Part shown: piece by piece, positions 19,054 to 28,833 of the stretch
How positions within the stretch are numbered: the stretch's first letter is position 1
Layout of the letters: every line of letters begins with the position of its first letter
Assembly (NCBI GenBank): GCA_963779755.1
Contig: CAVZZO010000001.1
Coordinates: 1,376,001 to 1,440,000 of the forward strand
DNA length: 64,000 bases
Direction: 5' to 3'
From: an uncultured Gemmatimonadales bacterium
GTDB taxonomy: Bacteria > Gemmatimonadota > Gemmatimonadetes > Gemmatimonadales > GWC2-71-9
Position numbers and translations under genes: made by a program
The notes under the pieces: generated by a model
The model's input: only the letters and a program-made list of their open reading frames with translations
The model's database searches: none
What the model was told of the DNA's origin: nothing

Positions 19054-19911
19054 TTGGCCACGACGATCTGGCTCGACGGGAAGTGGTGCACCCGCGAGGA
19101 TGCGGCGGTCTCCGTTTTCGACCATGGTCTGCTCTATGGCGACGGCGTCTTCGAGGGCATCCGGGCCTATGAGGGGCGGCTGTTCCAGCTGCAGGACCAT
19201 CTGAAGCGCCTCTATGCTTCGGCCCGCTCCATCCTGCTGACGCCGCCGTTGTCGCTGGAGGAGATGACCTCGGTGACCGAGGAGGCGTTCCGGCGCTCGG
19301 GGCTCAGGGACGCCTACCTGCGACACATCGTCACCCGCGGTGTCGGCGATCTGGGCCTGAGTCCGCGCAACTGCCCCCGGCCGACGGTGATCATCATCGT
19401 GGACCAGATCAGGCTCTGGCCTCCAGAGCGCTACGAGCGGGGGCTGGACGTGATCACCGCGGCCACGCCCATTCCGCACCGTGAGGCGCTGTCGCCCCGG
19501 GTGAAGTCGCTCAACTATCTCTGCCACATCATGGCCAAGGTGGAGGGCATCAACGCCGGGGCAGACGAGGCCCTGATGATGGATCCGAACGGCATGGTGG
19601 TGGAAGCCAGCGGGCAGAATCTCTTCGTCGTGAAAGACGGCGTGCTCACCACCCCGCCCGCCTGGGCCGGCATTCTGCGGGGCATCACGCGCGACGCCGT
19701 CATGGGCCTGGCCCTGGAAGCCGGGCATCAGGTGGTGGAGCAGCCCCTGAACCGCTATGACATCTACACCGCCGATGAGGCCTTCCTGACCGGGACCGCC
19801 TCGGAAGTGGTGGCTATCCGGTCGCTGGACGCCCGGATCATCGGAGATGGCCGCCGTGGGCCCGTCACCCGGGCCCTGGCGGAGGCCTTCGCCCGGCTGG
19901 TCCGCAGCTGA
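19054..19911 (+). CDS. ilvE: Branched-chain amino acid aminotransferase
   Basis: DHGLLYGDGVFEGIRAY, VKSLNY, LRGITRD, ADEAFLTGT; TTG start approximate. Confidence 0.92.
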   Translation: MATTIWLDGKWCTREDAAVSVFDHGLLYGDGVFEGIRAYEGRLFQLQDHLKRLYASARSILLTPPLSLEEMTSVTEEAFRRSGLRDAYLRHIVTRGVGDLGLSPRNCPRPTVIIIVDQIRLWPPERYERGLDVITAATPIPHREALSPRVKSLNYLCHIMAKVEGINAGADEALMMDPNGMVVEASGQNLFVVKDGVLTTPPAWAGILRGITRDAVMGLALEAGHQVVEQPLNRYDIYTADEAFLTGTASEVVAIRSLDARIIGDGRRGPVTRALAEAFARLVRS

Positions 19912-19923
19912 AGCCGGGCGGCC

Positions 19924-19953
19924 TTGACCGCCCGCGCGCGTGGCCTGCATATT
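19924..19953 (+). promoter_or_regulatory. Putative sigma70 promoter
   Basis: TTGACC-N18-CATATT upstream of two small ORFs. Confidence 0.5.
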
Positions 19954-19993
19954 GCCCGTCCACCCCAGGTACCCTCAGGCTTGGAGTTCCCCC

Positions 19994-20227
19994 ATGGCAT
20001 GGCGCAGAGTCTCGCACGGGAATACCGTGTACGACGTCATGGCTGCCGCCGAACGAACCGGACCATCCGCTGCCTGGCGGCTGGTGCTTGCTTTCAGGAC
20101 CAGCGGCCGCCGGGCAGTGTGGGCCCCGTATCCGCTCATCTCGAGTTCACGATCGTCCCTGTTTGCGCAGGCCGACCAGCTGTCGGACGAGAAAATCAGC
20201 GCCGTCCTCGCCGATCACCTGTCCTAA
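19994..20227 (+). CDS. Small hypothetical protein (77 aa)
   Basis: GGAG RBS, globular-looking sequence. Confidence 0.6.
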   Translation: MAWRRVSHGNTVYDVMAAAERTGPSAAWRLVLAFRTSGRRAVWAPYPLISSSRSSLFAQADQLSDEKISAVLADHLS

Positions 20228-20242
20228 TCTCCCAGGAGAACA

Positions 20243-20497
20243 ATGCCCCAGGCCTCACTGCAGGATCTCCGGCGGATCGCCGAGTCCCTGGAGAGTCTGC
20301 GCGGGCACTCGGTACTCGAGACTTCCGTCCGCTCCGATTTCCGCCAGCTCCGGCTGGAGCTGTCCGATGGGATGATCCTGGTCGTCGCGCTGGAGAGCGA
20401 TGAGAACGGCCGGCCCCGTATCGACGTGGATGTCGTCCGCCAGCCCGAGGAAATGAACCGCCAGCAGCTCGAGGTGCGATTCGACACGGCGGTCTGA
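20243..20497 (+). CDS. Small hypothetical protein (84 aa)
   Basis: AGGAG RBS, typical codon bias. Confidence 0.7.
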   Translation: MPQASLQDLRRIAESLESLRGHSVLETSVRSDFRQLRLELSDGMILVVALESDENGRPRIDVDVVRQPEEMNRQQLEVRFDTAV

Positions 20498-20530
20498 GCC
20501 ACAGCTGAAAGAGAAAAGCCGACAAAACCT

Positions 20531-20584
20531 GAGAGAGGGGGAGGAACCACGATTCCTTCCCTTTCCTCTTTTCTCCTTCCTCTT
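20531..20584. terminator. Purine/pyrimidine hairpin between convergent genes, possible terminator
   Basis: GAGGGGGAGGAA-ccacga-TTCCTTCCCTTTC plus pyrimidine tail. Confidence 0.45.
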
Positions 20585-21484
20585 CTACTCCGACGCGCCC
20601 CCGGTCAGTCCGTTCCAGACTTGCTTCGAGATCGCCGCGATGAGCCGGGCGGAGTCGCCGGATTCCAGCCCGGTCGTCAGTACGACCAGCACATAGGGCG
20701 CCCGGTGCGCCGGGTAGACGATCCCGGCATCGTGGGCCAGCCGGGTAATCTCTCCTGTCTTGTGGGCCACGCGGACCCCTGGTGGCAGCCCCGCGGGTAT
20801 CCGCGCATTGAATTCCTGGGCCGAGAGAATATCCAGCATTTCCCGGGAGCGCTCGGCCGAGGCCGCCTGCCCGTCCGCCAGGGCGACAAACAGACGCGCC
20901 AGATCGCGGGCCGTCGTGGTGTTGTTGCGGCCGGCGTCATACGCCTTCAGGTCTTCCACTCCCCGCAGCACCTCGATCGAATCCGCCCCCAGCGCGTGCG
21001 CCGTCGCGTTTACCCGCTTCGCGTCCAGCAGGTCGATAAGGACATTGGTCGCCAGGTTGCTGCTGCGATCGATCATGTGCCGTGCCAGGTAGCGGAGGGT
21101 GACCGGCCGGCCCGCCATCGCGTACATGCTCGAATCGGAATCGTCGGACGGATCGAGGGCATACGATGAGCCGTCCACGATGGAGCGGAACCGGTTCTGC
21201 ACCACCAGCGTGTCGTCCCAATGCAGCGTGCCGGCGTCGATCCGGCGGGCCAACTCGATCAGGACCGGTACTTTCATGGTGCTCGCGGCGTGAAAGCGCT
21301 GGTCCGGATGGAGGAAAAGGGTGTCGCGGGTTCCCAGGTCCACCAGCGCCACGGCCACCGTCGCGCCTGTCGGCGCGATGATGGCCCGAAGGGAGTCGGC
21401 CAGTGCGGCAGGGGCGGGGATCTGGGCGGCCAGGGAGGCGGGCAGGAGGGCGGCCAGAACCGCCCCAAGGCATGAGATTCGCAT
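20585..21484 (-). CDS. Secreted serine hydrolase, class A beta-lactamase-like fold
   Basis: Signal peptide, ASTMK (SxxK), SSN, HKTG. Confidence 0.88.
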   Translation of the reverse strand: MRISCLGAVLAALLPASLAAQIPAPAALADSLRAIIAPTGATVAVALVDLGTRDTLFLHPDQRFHAASTMKVPVLIELARRIDAGTLHWDDTLVVQNRFRSIVDGSSYALDPSDDSDSSMYAMAGRPVTLRYLARHMIDRSSNLATNVLIDLLDAKRVNATAHALGADSIEVLRGVEDLKAYDAGRNNTTTARDLARLFVALADGQAASAERSREMLDILSAQEFNARIPAGLPPGVRVAHKTGEITRLAHDAGIVYPAHRAPYVLVVLTTGLESGDSARLIAAISKQVWNGLTGGASE

Positions 21485-21540
21485 CCCCCCAAGTTAGCTT
21501 CAAGGCGATTATCGGCCGATCCCCTGCCAGGAAACCCCGC

Positions 21541-21960
21541 ATGACGAGCCCCGAGAAGCCTCGTGAACGGCTGCGGTTCAGCGATTTTCACCTGGAGCGT
21601 CTGCCCAATGGCCGCTGCCGGTCGTCGGTCACGCTCACCTGGCTCAACGACTATGCCTATAGTGCCCAGACCGAAGGGCTCTCCTCTCCGGCGGGAGAGC
21701 TGCGCTGCTGCGCCCAGGCCTGTCTCGACGCGCTCACCCAGGCGATCAACAAGGCCATGAGTTTTGAGCTCTTCGGCGTGAAAGCGGTGCGGGCGTTCGA
21801 CTCCACGGTCGTTATCGTCTCACTGGCCGCCGAGGGGGCGGATGGCGGCCACCGTCTGGTTGGGTGTGTTCTGACGAACGAAGACCCGGCGCGCGGGGCG
21901 GCACTGGCCGTGCTCAATGCAACCAACCGGGTCCTGGGGAACCGGTTCTTCGTGCGCTAA
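21541..21960 (+). CDS. Hypothetical protein
   Basis: Codon bias; C-term LVG.V...EDP.RGAALAVLNATNR. Confidence 0.7.
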   Translation: MTSPEKPRERLRFSDFHLERLPNGRCRSSVTLTWLNDYAYSAQTEGLSSPAGELRCCAQACLDALTQAINKAMSFELFGVKAVRAFDSTVVIVSLAAEGADGGHRLVGCVLTNEDPARGAALAVLNATNRVLGNRFFVR

Positions 21961-22304
21961 GGTCCCGCTACGCGACGATTTGTCCCCGCGGGTCATCGGT
22001 GGGGCAGGCGGCCGGGGCAGGGAGTTGCCTCGAAAAACGCCAGAACCGGGGTCAATTCGCACGTGCAGGAATCCGCGCCCCTGCCGAAGATGCCCCGAAC
22101 CCAGGGGAGCCCGGTTTCGTCGGGGTGGGGCGGCAGTTTGTTGCACCCGCGGCGTGTGAGATGTGTCCTCGCGCACCGAACGGTTGTCGGCCACACTGGC
22201 AGCGCAATGGAACTGTCGGCCGGTCCATGACGTTGGGCATTCTGAGAATCCCGCCGGGAGCGCTCTGCCCTCCCGTTGCTGCCGCAGGAAAGGAGTCGTC
22301 GCCG

Positions 22305-23999
22305 ATGAAGCGCTGGGTCTTTGTATTGCCTCTGGCCGCCGGTCTGGGGTGTGCCGGCCATGGTCCCGCCACCTCCGGCCCTGCTCCGGAAACGGCGGCG
22401 GCAGCCTCAGCCGGGAGCGCCTCGCTTCCCGGCGATTCCGCCGTGATCGCCCTGAGCGACAGCGCCTCTCCCGACACGCTGGATCCGGAAACGGCCGCCG
22501 ATCTTCGTGCCGCCGCCGATTCGGCCGCGGACGCCGCCGTGCTGGAGCAGCTCGACTCCGCGTCGGCCGAGGTGGCCGACCGCCCGTCCGATCATTCCAC
22601 CGCATCCGGCGGTGCCAAGACCGTGGGCAACAGCGGCGTCACCTGGGACATCGACGTCGAGTCCTTCACCGGGCACGACCGGGTCCAGTATTATCTCGAT
22701 TTCTTCCAGGGTCCGGCGCGCGACCGCATGGCGGTCTGGCTGCAGCGGATGCCCCGCTATGAGCCCATGATCCGCCGCCGGCTGGCCGAGCGGGGCCTTC
22801 CGGGCGATCTGGTCTATCTCGCGCTCATCGAGAGCGGCTTCTCCAATAGCGCGGTGAGCCGGTCGCGGGCGGTGGGCATGTGGCAGTTCATGAAGGGAAC
22901 CGCCCGTCTTTACGGGCTGCGGATCGACAGCTGGGTGGATGAGCGGCGCGATCCTTACAAGGCCACCATCGCCGCGGCGCACCACCTGGCCGACCTGCGC
23001 GACCGCTTCGGCTCCCTCTACCTCGCGGCGGCGGCCTACAATGCCGGTGCCGGACGGGTGACCCGCGGCCTGCGGCGGCTGCCGGACGACGACGAAGACA
23101 GTCTCTATTCCGACGCGACCTTCTTCCGCCTCTATGATTCCCGCAGTCTCCGGCGGGAAACCAAGGACTACGTTCCCAAGCTGATCGCCGCGGCCCTCAT
23201 CGCCAAAGAGCCGGAGCGGTATGGTTTCGATCCGGAGACGCCGGTCGATCCCACCACCTGGGATTCGATTACCGTGACCGGCATGACCGGACTTGATGTG
23301 ATCGCCAGGCTGGCGGATACCACGGTGGCGGTCATCCGCAATCTGAATCCCGAATATCTCCGGCTGGCCACGCCGCCGGGCGCCAGGAGCGTCATTCGTC
23401 TTCCGGCCGGCCGCGGGCCGGGCGTGGCGGCAGCGTATGCCCGCCTCCCGGCCAATCAGCGGGTCTCGTTCGTCGAGCACTTCGTGAAGCGGGGCGAAAC
23501 CTACGGACACATCGCGCGCCGCTACCACGTGTCGGTGCGCGACCTGGAAGACGCCAACCCGCGCGTCCGTCCCACGCAGCTTCGGGTGGGGCAGCGGATC
23601 GTGGTGCCGACCAGTGGGGTGAGCACTGCCCGCGCGGCGGCGGCGGCGGAAGAGCGCAGCGCGGCGGTGCACCGATCGGTGTCCTCCACCCATCGGGTTC
23701 GCTCCGGCGAGACGCTCTCCGGTATTGCCGTGCGCTATCACGTCTCCGTGGGACAGTTGCGGGCATGGAACGGGCTGCGGGGCAGCGCGATTCGTGCGGG
23801 ACAGGTGCTGCGGGTGGTTGGCGGGTCGCATCCCGCGGCCGGGCGGACCGGCGCCCGGGTCTATGTGGTGCGCCGGGGCGATACCCTCTCCGGCATCGCG
23901 CAGCGCTATGGCGTATCCGTGGCCGCTCTTCAGGACGCCAACGAACTTGGCTCCAGCTCGACCATTCGAGCTGGAGCCAGGCTCAGGATCCCGCGCTGA
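22305..23999 (+). CDS. mltD: MltD-like lytic transglycosylase lipoprotein with 3 LysM domains
   Basis: LGC lipobox, LALIESGF, GMWQFM, AAYNAG, ETKDYVPK, three LysM repeats. Confidence 0.9.
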   Translation: MKRWVFVLPLAAGLGCAGHGPATSGPAPETAAAASAGSASLPGDSAVIALSDSASPDTLDPETAADLRAAADSAADAAVLEQLDSASAEVADRPSDHSTASGGAKTVGNSGVTWDIDVESFTGHDRVQYYLDFFQGPARDRMAVWLQRMPRYEPMIRRRLAERGLPGDLVYLALIESGFSNSAVSRSRAVGMWQFMKGTARLYGLRIDSWVDERRDPYKATIAAAHHLADLRDRFGSLYLAAAAYNAGAGRVTRGLRRLPDDDEDSLYSDATFFRLYDSRSLRRETKDYVPKLIAAALIAKEPERYGFDPETPVDPTTWDSITVTGMTGLDVIARLADTTVAVIRNLNPEYLRLATPPGARSVIRLPAGRGPGVAAAYARLPANQRVSFVEHFVKRGETYGHIARRYHVSVRDLEDANPRVRPTQLRVGQRIVVPTSGVSTARAAAAAEERSAAVHRSVSSTHRVRSGETLSGIAVRYHVSVGQLRAWNGLRGSAIRAGQVLRVVGGSHPAAGRTGARVYVVRRGDTLSGIAQRYGVSVAALQDANELGSSSTIRAGARLRIPR

Positions 24000-24005
24000 C
24001 GGCAG

Positions 24006-24692
24006 TTAGTTGGTCGCGCCGCGGGGCCCCAGGTTCTTCATGACGGCCTGCTCGTAACCGTTCGCCGGGTCGCCGCCCTGCGCCAGGATTTCGGCCACGC
24101 GGCCCGGCCCCCGGTTGTATGCCAGTAGCGCCAGCTTCATGTTCGAATCGTACCGGCGCAGCAGGTCCTTCAGAAAGCGGAACCCCAGCCGCAGGTTGGT
24201 CTCCCGGTCGTACAGCGCCGCCGGTTGGATGCCCGGCTCGTAGAAACGGGCCGTGGCGGGCTGAATCTGGGTGTAGCCGTAGGCGTTGGCACCGCTCCTG
24301 GCCCGCGGATTGAAATTGCTCTCCACTTTTACCAGCCGGAACGCGATCACCGGCTCGATGCCCTCGCTCAGTGCAATGTCGTAGATGGATCCCGCCACGT
24401 CGGCCGGAATCGCGTATTGCGCCGAGTAATCCATGACCGTGCTGGCCCGCTCCAGCTGGACGCGCGCCACCGCCAGCTCGCCCCGGACGGAATCGAGCTC
24501 ACGGCCCATGGTCTGCAGCTGCCGGGCAGCCGCCTCTACCCCCACCGGCGTCGCAATATCCGCGGCCCGGGCCCGCCCCACCGATCCTCCCAGCAGACTG
24601 ATTGCCAGCGCCCCTGCCAGCACCAGCGCCCCGCGGGCGATCAGCACGCCCGTGCGGTGCGGACCAGACAGCTCATGCGTTGGCTTGTGCAT
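24006..24692 (-). CDS. SLT-domain lytic transglycosylase
   Basis: VKVESNFNP, GYTQI, ALLAYNRG; GAGGAGG RBS. Confidence 0.85.
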   Translation of the reverse strand: MHKPTHELSGPHRTGVLIARGALVLAGALAISLLGGSVGRARAADIATPVGVEAAARQLQTMGRELDSVRGELAVARVQLERASTVMDYSAQYAIPADVAGSIYDIALSEGIEPVIAFRLVKVESNFNPRARSGANAYGYTQIQPATARFYEPGIQPAALYDRETNLRLGFRFLKDLLRRYDSNMKLALLAYNRGPGRVAEILAQGGDPANGYEQAVMKNLGPRGATN

Positions 24693-24715
24693 CGTGCCTC
24701 CTCGATCTGGCCGGT

Positions 24716-25189
24716 TCATCCGCGCTTGAAGTCGCCTCGGACTCCCCCGGTTTTCTCCAACAACCGCACTCCCTCAATGGTCATCTCGCGATCTAGCGCC
24801 TTGACCATGTCATACACTGTGAGGCAGGCCACGCTGACCGCCGTGAGTGCCTCCATCTCGACCCCGGTTCGGCCCACCGTGCCTACAGTGGCCCGAACCC
24901 GGACGCCGGGAAGATCAGGGTCGGGGTTCACCCGGACCTCGATCGCATCCAGACCCAGCGGATGGCAGAGCGGAATCAGCTCGCCGGTGCGTTTGGCCGC
25001 CATGATGCCGGCCGTCTGGGCCACGCCGAGCACATCGCCCTTGGCCAGCGCGTTGCGCTCCACCTGCTCAAAGGCGGCCCGGCTCATCCGCACGGCGCCT
25101 TCCGCTACTGCGCGCCGTTCACTGGCCGGCTTGCCGCTCACATCAACCATGCGGGCCCGGCCCGTCTCATCCACGTGCGACAGCTTCAT
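24716..25189 (-). CDS. moaC: Cyclic pyranopterin monophosphate synthase
   Basis: [35 protein letters not shown]. Confidence 0.96.
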   Translation of the reverse strand: MKLSHVDETGRARMVDVSGKPASERRAVAEGAVRMSRAAFEQVERNALAKGDVLGVAQTAGIMAAKRTGELIPLCHPLGLDAIEVRVNPDPDLPGVRVRATVGTVGRTGVEMEALTAVSVACLTVYDMVKALDREMTIEGVRLLEKTGGVRGDFKRG

Positions 25190-26250
25190 GACGCGCCTGC
25201 CAGGTTCCGTCCCAGCACTGCCAGCAGCAGCTGGGGATTTACGTTCTGCTGCGCCGCCTCTCGCGCCTCGGCGATCTGCTCCAGGGCGGCCAGCAGGTCG
25301 TCCGGGGTCGCACCGGCGCCTGGTTGCTCCAACCCCTGACGGAGTTCCGTGCCCAGCTGCCGGGCCAGCGCGTCGAGCAATGCCGTGAAGTCTCCGCGGG
25401 CGGAGAAGGGCGGTTGCTTGAGAGCAACCTCCCAGGCGGCCGGCCCTCCCTGCCGGAGAGCGCCGAGCAGGGCCGCTGCCGTCGCGCGAGCTTTCCCCGC
25501 GTCTTCATCTTCGGCCACTGCTGCCCCGATTGCGCCCTCGGCACGAGCGACGCGCGCATCCAGATCGCGCCCCCGTGACATGCCTGCCTGCGCCCCCAGG
25601 AACTCCAGTACTGTGGCGTCGTCCAGCCGTCCCAATCCGAGCCGCACCGCCCGCGAGCGGATGGTCGGGAGAATGTCTTCGGCATCGGCCGCCGTCAGGA
25701 TGAACCAGGTATCCTGGGGCGGTTCCTCGAACAGCTTGAGCAGCGCATTTGCCGCTTCCGGACTCGACTCCTGCGGCACCAGTCGCTCGGCATAGCCGAT
25801 GAGGAAGACCTTTCCTCGCTCCTGCACCGGCCGCATCGAGGCCCGACGGGCGACCAGCCGCGAAGTGGCCACGAAATGGCCCGCCATGCCTTCGGGGGGC
25901 CCGTACAGCGGTTGTTTTCTGCGCGCCTCCATGGCCTCGCCCAGCGCGTCGGCCAATTCATCTACCTGCCGGTCGGCATCACCGCCCTTGGGACGGAGCA
26001 CCGGGACCACCCAGTGAAGATCCGGATGGGTAAGTCCCAGAACCTGGCGACAGGAACGGCACCTGCCGCACGGTTCCGTCTCACCGGGTGTTTCGCAGAA
26101 CAACCGCTGGGCAATCCACAGGCCCAGGCGCTGCTTGCCGATGCCGGCCGTCCCGGTCAGAAGGAGAAGCTGCGGCAGACTACCCCTGTTGATGGCGTGC
26201 GCGATCCTCTGCCGTTCGGTGGTATGCCCTATCAGGGGGTGCATTGGCAT
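25186..26250 (-). CDS. holB: DNA polymerase III subunit delta'
   Basis: [36 protein letters not shown]. Confidence 0.85.
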   Translation of the reverse strand: MPMHPLIGHTTERQRIAHAINRGSLPQLLLLTGTAGIGKQRLGLWIAQRLFCETPGETEPCGRCRSCRQVLGLTHPDLHWVVPVLRPKGGDADRQVDELADALGEAMEARRKQPLYGPPEGMAGHFVATSRLVARRASMRPVQERGKVFLIGYAERLVPQESSPEAANALLKLFEEPPQDTWFILTAADAEDILPTIRSRAVRLGLGRLDDATVLEFLGAQAGMSRGRDLDARVARAEGAIGAAVAEDEDAGKARATAAALLGALRQGGPAAWEVALKQPPFSARGDFTALLDALARQLGTELRQGLEQPGAGATPDDLLAALEQIAEAREAAQQNVNPQLLLAVLGRNLAGAS

Positions 26251-26380
26251 GGCGAGAAGCTAGAGCAGGAAGGTGACCAGCGGTAGCAGGATCTCTGTAA
26301 CATCTTTTTCAACAATAACTTACGGTGTTGGATCACCGCCAATTTGGCCGAACAATGCGGAGACTTCCGACCTCAATTGT

Positions 26381-26429
26381 ATTGCGAGCGCTCACTATTC
26401 ATTGTAAAGAGATAGCGAGCGCTCACATT
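26381..26429. promoter_or_regulatory. Two LacI-family-like operator palindromes
   Basis: ATTGCGAGCGCTCACTAT and ATAGCGAGCGCTCACATT, centres 31 bp apart, in an AT-rich stretch. Confidence 0.6.
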
Positions 26430-26602
26430 TAATCGAAACACCATTTGGCACAAGGGAATAGCTCGTGGGGCCTTTCCGGGTTCGTTGGAGCCCTTTCGGC
26501 CCCCTCTGCCATTCTGTCTGGAGAGAATGGCCTGGCCTCAGGATGGCCTCGGGCAGGCGCTGGCTTTGCCGGGCCTGCTCGCTGCGGCAGCTGTACCGCT
26601 GA

Positions 26603-27640
26603 CTAGGCAGAAATGTCGCGGATCTGCGACGGGTGGACCCGGTGAAACGCGCCTCGTTCGGGGCGGGGGACATGACGCCGTTCCCGCGCTGGAAGGGTGA
26701 GCGCGCGTTCTCCCCGCACCCGGTAGCCGGCGCGCCGGGAAGCGTTGAGGTGCACGATCATCTCTCCGATGAGGCCCAGGGCGATCGCCTGAATCCCGAG
26801 GGTCAGCAGCAGGACACCGAGCAGCAGCCAGGGGCGGTCGGCGATCCCCGAGGCCCCCGAGAGCCGTTCCACCAGCAGGATCGCCAGCATGGCACCGCCC
26901 GCGAGCGAGAGCAGCGAGCCGAGAAACCCGAAGAACCGCAGCGGTTTGTCGGTGAAGCGGAAGAGGAACATCAACGCCAGAATATCGAGCAACCGGCGCA
27001 GGTAGAGGCCGAGGCCATAACCGCGGCGGCCCATGGCGCGGGGGTGCACCGGGCTCTGCACCTCTTCTACCAGGAATCCTTCGCGCCGCGCCACCAGGGG
27101 GAGGTAGCGGACGATATCCCCGTAGAGCCGGATTTCACGCAGCACGTAGGGGCGCATTGCCCGTGCGCCGCAGGCGATATCGTGCAGGCGCCCCCCGGCC
27201 AGGCGCCCGACCATCGCGTGTAGCAGGCGGGTACGCAGCCCGTTGATCCAGGCATCGTGCCGCGGCCAGCGCCACGCCACCGCCAGATCGGCTCCCTGCC
27301 GCACCCGCTCGATGAGCCCGAGAACGCACCCGGCCTCCACCTGACGGTAGGCCGGCAGCGTGACGATGATTTCCCCTTGGCACTGCAAGACGGCGGTGCG
27401 CAGCATGGCCGCCTCTCCTACGGGGTGCCCGAACTCCAGGGCGCGAACCGGGGCGTGCACTCCCTGCAGGGCCTCGAGCGGGCCCAGCAGCGCACTGGTG
27501 CCGGGGTGGGTGGCGAAGATGAACTCGTGGCTCAGGCCGGCCGTCTCGAGCGGCTGCCGGAACTCCTGGTAGAGGTCCACCAGCGACTCCGGCCGCTCCA
27601 GCACCGGAACGATGACCGAGACTTCGACGTCGCCCTTCAC
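26603..27640 (-). CDS. GT2 ArnC/GtrB-like protein with degenerate catalytic motifs
   Basis: VSVIVPV, GADL...R..R.D, D..CG, LYGD, KPLRFFG plus 2 TM; lacks DDGS and DxD. Confidence 0.8.
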   Translation of the reverse strand: MKGDVEVSVIVPVLERPESLVDLYQEFRQPLETAGLSHEFIFATHPGTSALLGPLEALQGVHAPVRALEFGHPVGEAAMLRTAVLQCQGEIIVTLPAYRQVEAGCVLGLIERVRQGADLAVAWRWPRHDAWINGLRTRLLHAMVGRLAGGRLHDIACGARAMRPYVLREIRLYGDIVRYLPLVARREGFLVEEVQSPVHPRAMGRRGYGLGLYLRRLLDILALMFLFRFTDKPLRFFGFLGSLLSLAGGAMLAILLVERLSGASGIADRPWLLLGVLLLTLGIQAIALGLIGEMIVHLNASRRAGYRVRGERALTLPARERRHVPRPERGAFHRVHPSQIRDISA

Positions 27641-28596
27641 AGGACCCGCACCCCGGCGAGCAGGGGAGGCTCTTCCTGCTCCTCGCGCGACTTCCGGAGG
27701 GCGATCTCTCCCACCAGGCCGACCAGCAGGAGATAACAGCCCAGCATCAGCCAGAGCAGCATGGAGGCCGGCAGGACGAAGGCATCGGCCATCTGGGCCC
27801 GCACCCGGAGCAGCCCCGCAAGCGATGCGCCGCCGAAGATCGCCGCGGCCGCGAACGCCCCCAGGGCCCCCAGCCCGAACATCTGCAGGGGGCGCTCGCG
27901 GAACCAGGAGATCAGCATGATCGTGAGCAGATCAGCCAGAATCTTGAGGATCCGCGAGAGGCCATACTTGCTCTGGCCGCGCCGCCGGGCGTGGTGGCGG
28001 ACCGGCATTTCGGTAATCCGGGCTCCGGCGGTAGCCGCCGCGAGGGCCGGCAGGAAGCGGTGCATGTCGGAGTAGAGCGCCAGTCGCTGGAGCGTCCAAC
28101 GCCGGTATGCCTTGAGGGAGCAGCCGTTGTCGCGGATATCTACGTGAGTGATGGCGCGGATGAGGCGATTGGCCACCAGCGAAGGGAGTTTCCGGGTGAG
28201 CATCCGGTCCTTCCGCCGCACCCGATATCCCGCTACCAGGTCGTAGCCCTGGTTCAGCCTGCCCACCAGGCGGGGGATATCCGCCGGATCGTTCTGCAGG
28301 TCCCCATCCATGCTCACAACGATGTCCCCCCGTGCAGCATCGAACCCGGCCTGCATCGCCTGGGTCTGACCGTAATTACGCGCCAGTTGCAGGGGCCGCA
28401 CGCGCGGATCGGCTGCGGCCGCGGCCGCACAGCGCTGCGCGCTGCCGTCGCCGCTGCCGTCATCGACCAGGATCAGCTCCCAGGGGGTGCTGTCACCCAG
28501 CGACGAGCGCACCGCGTCCACGAGAGGCTCGATATTGTCCTCTTCGTTGTAGACGGGGACCACGACCGACAGAAGACCAGGTGGTGCAGGCGTCAT
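27637..28596 (-). CDS. GT2 ArnC/GtrB-like polyprenyl-phosphate glycosyltransferase
   Basis: VVVPVYNE, VDDGS, RNYGQT, MDGDLQNDP, MHRFLP, SKYG. Confidence 0.9.
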   Translation of the reverse strand: MTPAPPGLLSVVVPVYNEEDNIEPLVDAVRSSLGDSTPWELILVDDGSGDGSAQRCAAAAAADPRVRPLQLARNYGQTQAMQAGFDAARGDIVVSMDGDLQNDPADIPRLVGRLNQGYDLVAGYRVRRKDRMLTRKLPSLVANRLIRAITHVDIRDNGCSLKAYRRWTLQRLALYSDMHRFLPALAAATAGARITEMPVRHHARRRGQSKYGLSRILKILADLLTIMLISWFRERPLQMFGLGALGAFAAAAIFGGASLAGLLRVRAQMADAFVLPASMLLWLMLGCYLLLVGLVGEIALRKSREEQEEPPLLAGVRVL

Positions 28597-28833
28597 GGGC
28601 TCTTGGGGTTACGGCTCTGGCGAATCCGTGAAAAAGCGCTGTCCGCACGGTACCCCGCCGCGCGGCCGCGGGCTGTGCGATGTGTCACAGGAAAACTGCG
28701 ACGCCGGACCCGGACCGCCCTCCGTCCGCAGGCGAAATTCCTACTCGGTTCACGTCGCGCCCACCCCGCCGGGCCGGGCGCGGCGCCGCCGGTAGCCATA
28801 CTCTCAGGAACCCCGAAGCAAAAGGAGCCGCCT

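Noticed and set aside
20585..21484. Bona fide antibiotic-resistance beta-lactamase
   Set aside because: SSN instead of SDN and no clear ExxLN omega-loop motif; better called a serine hydrolase
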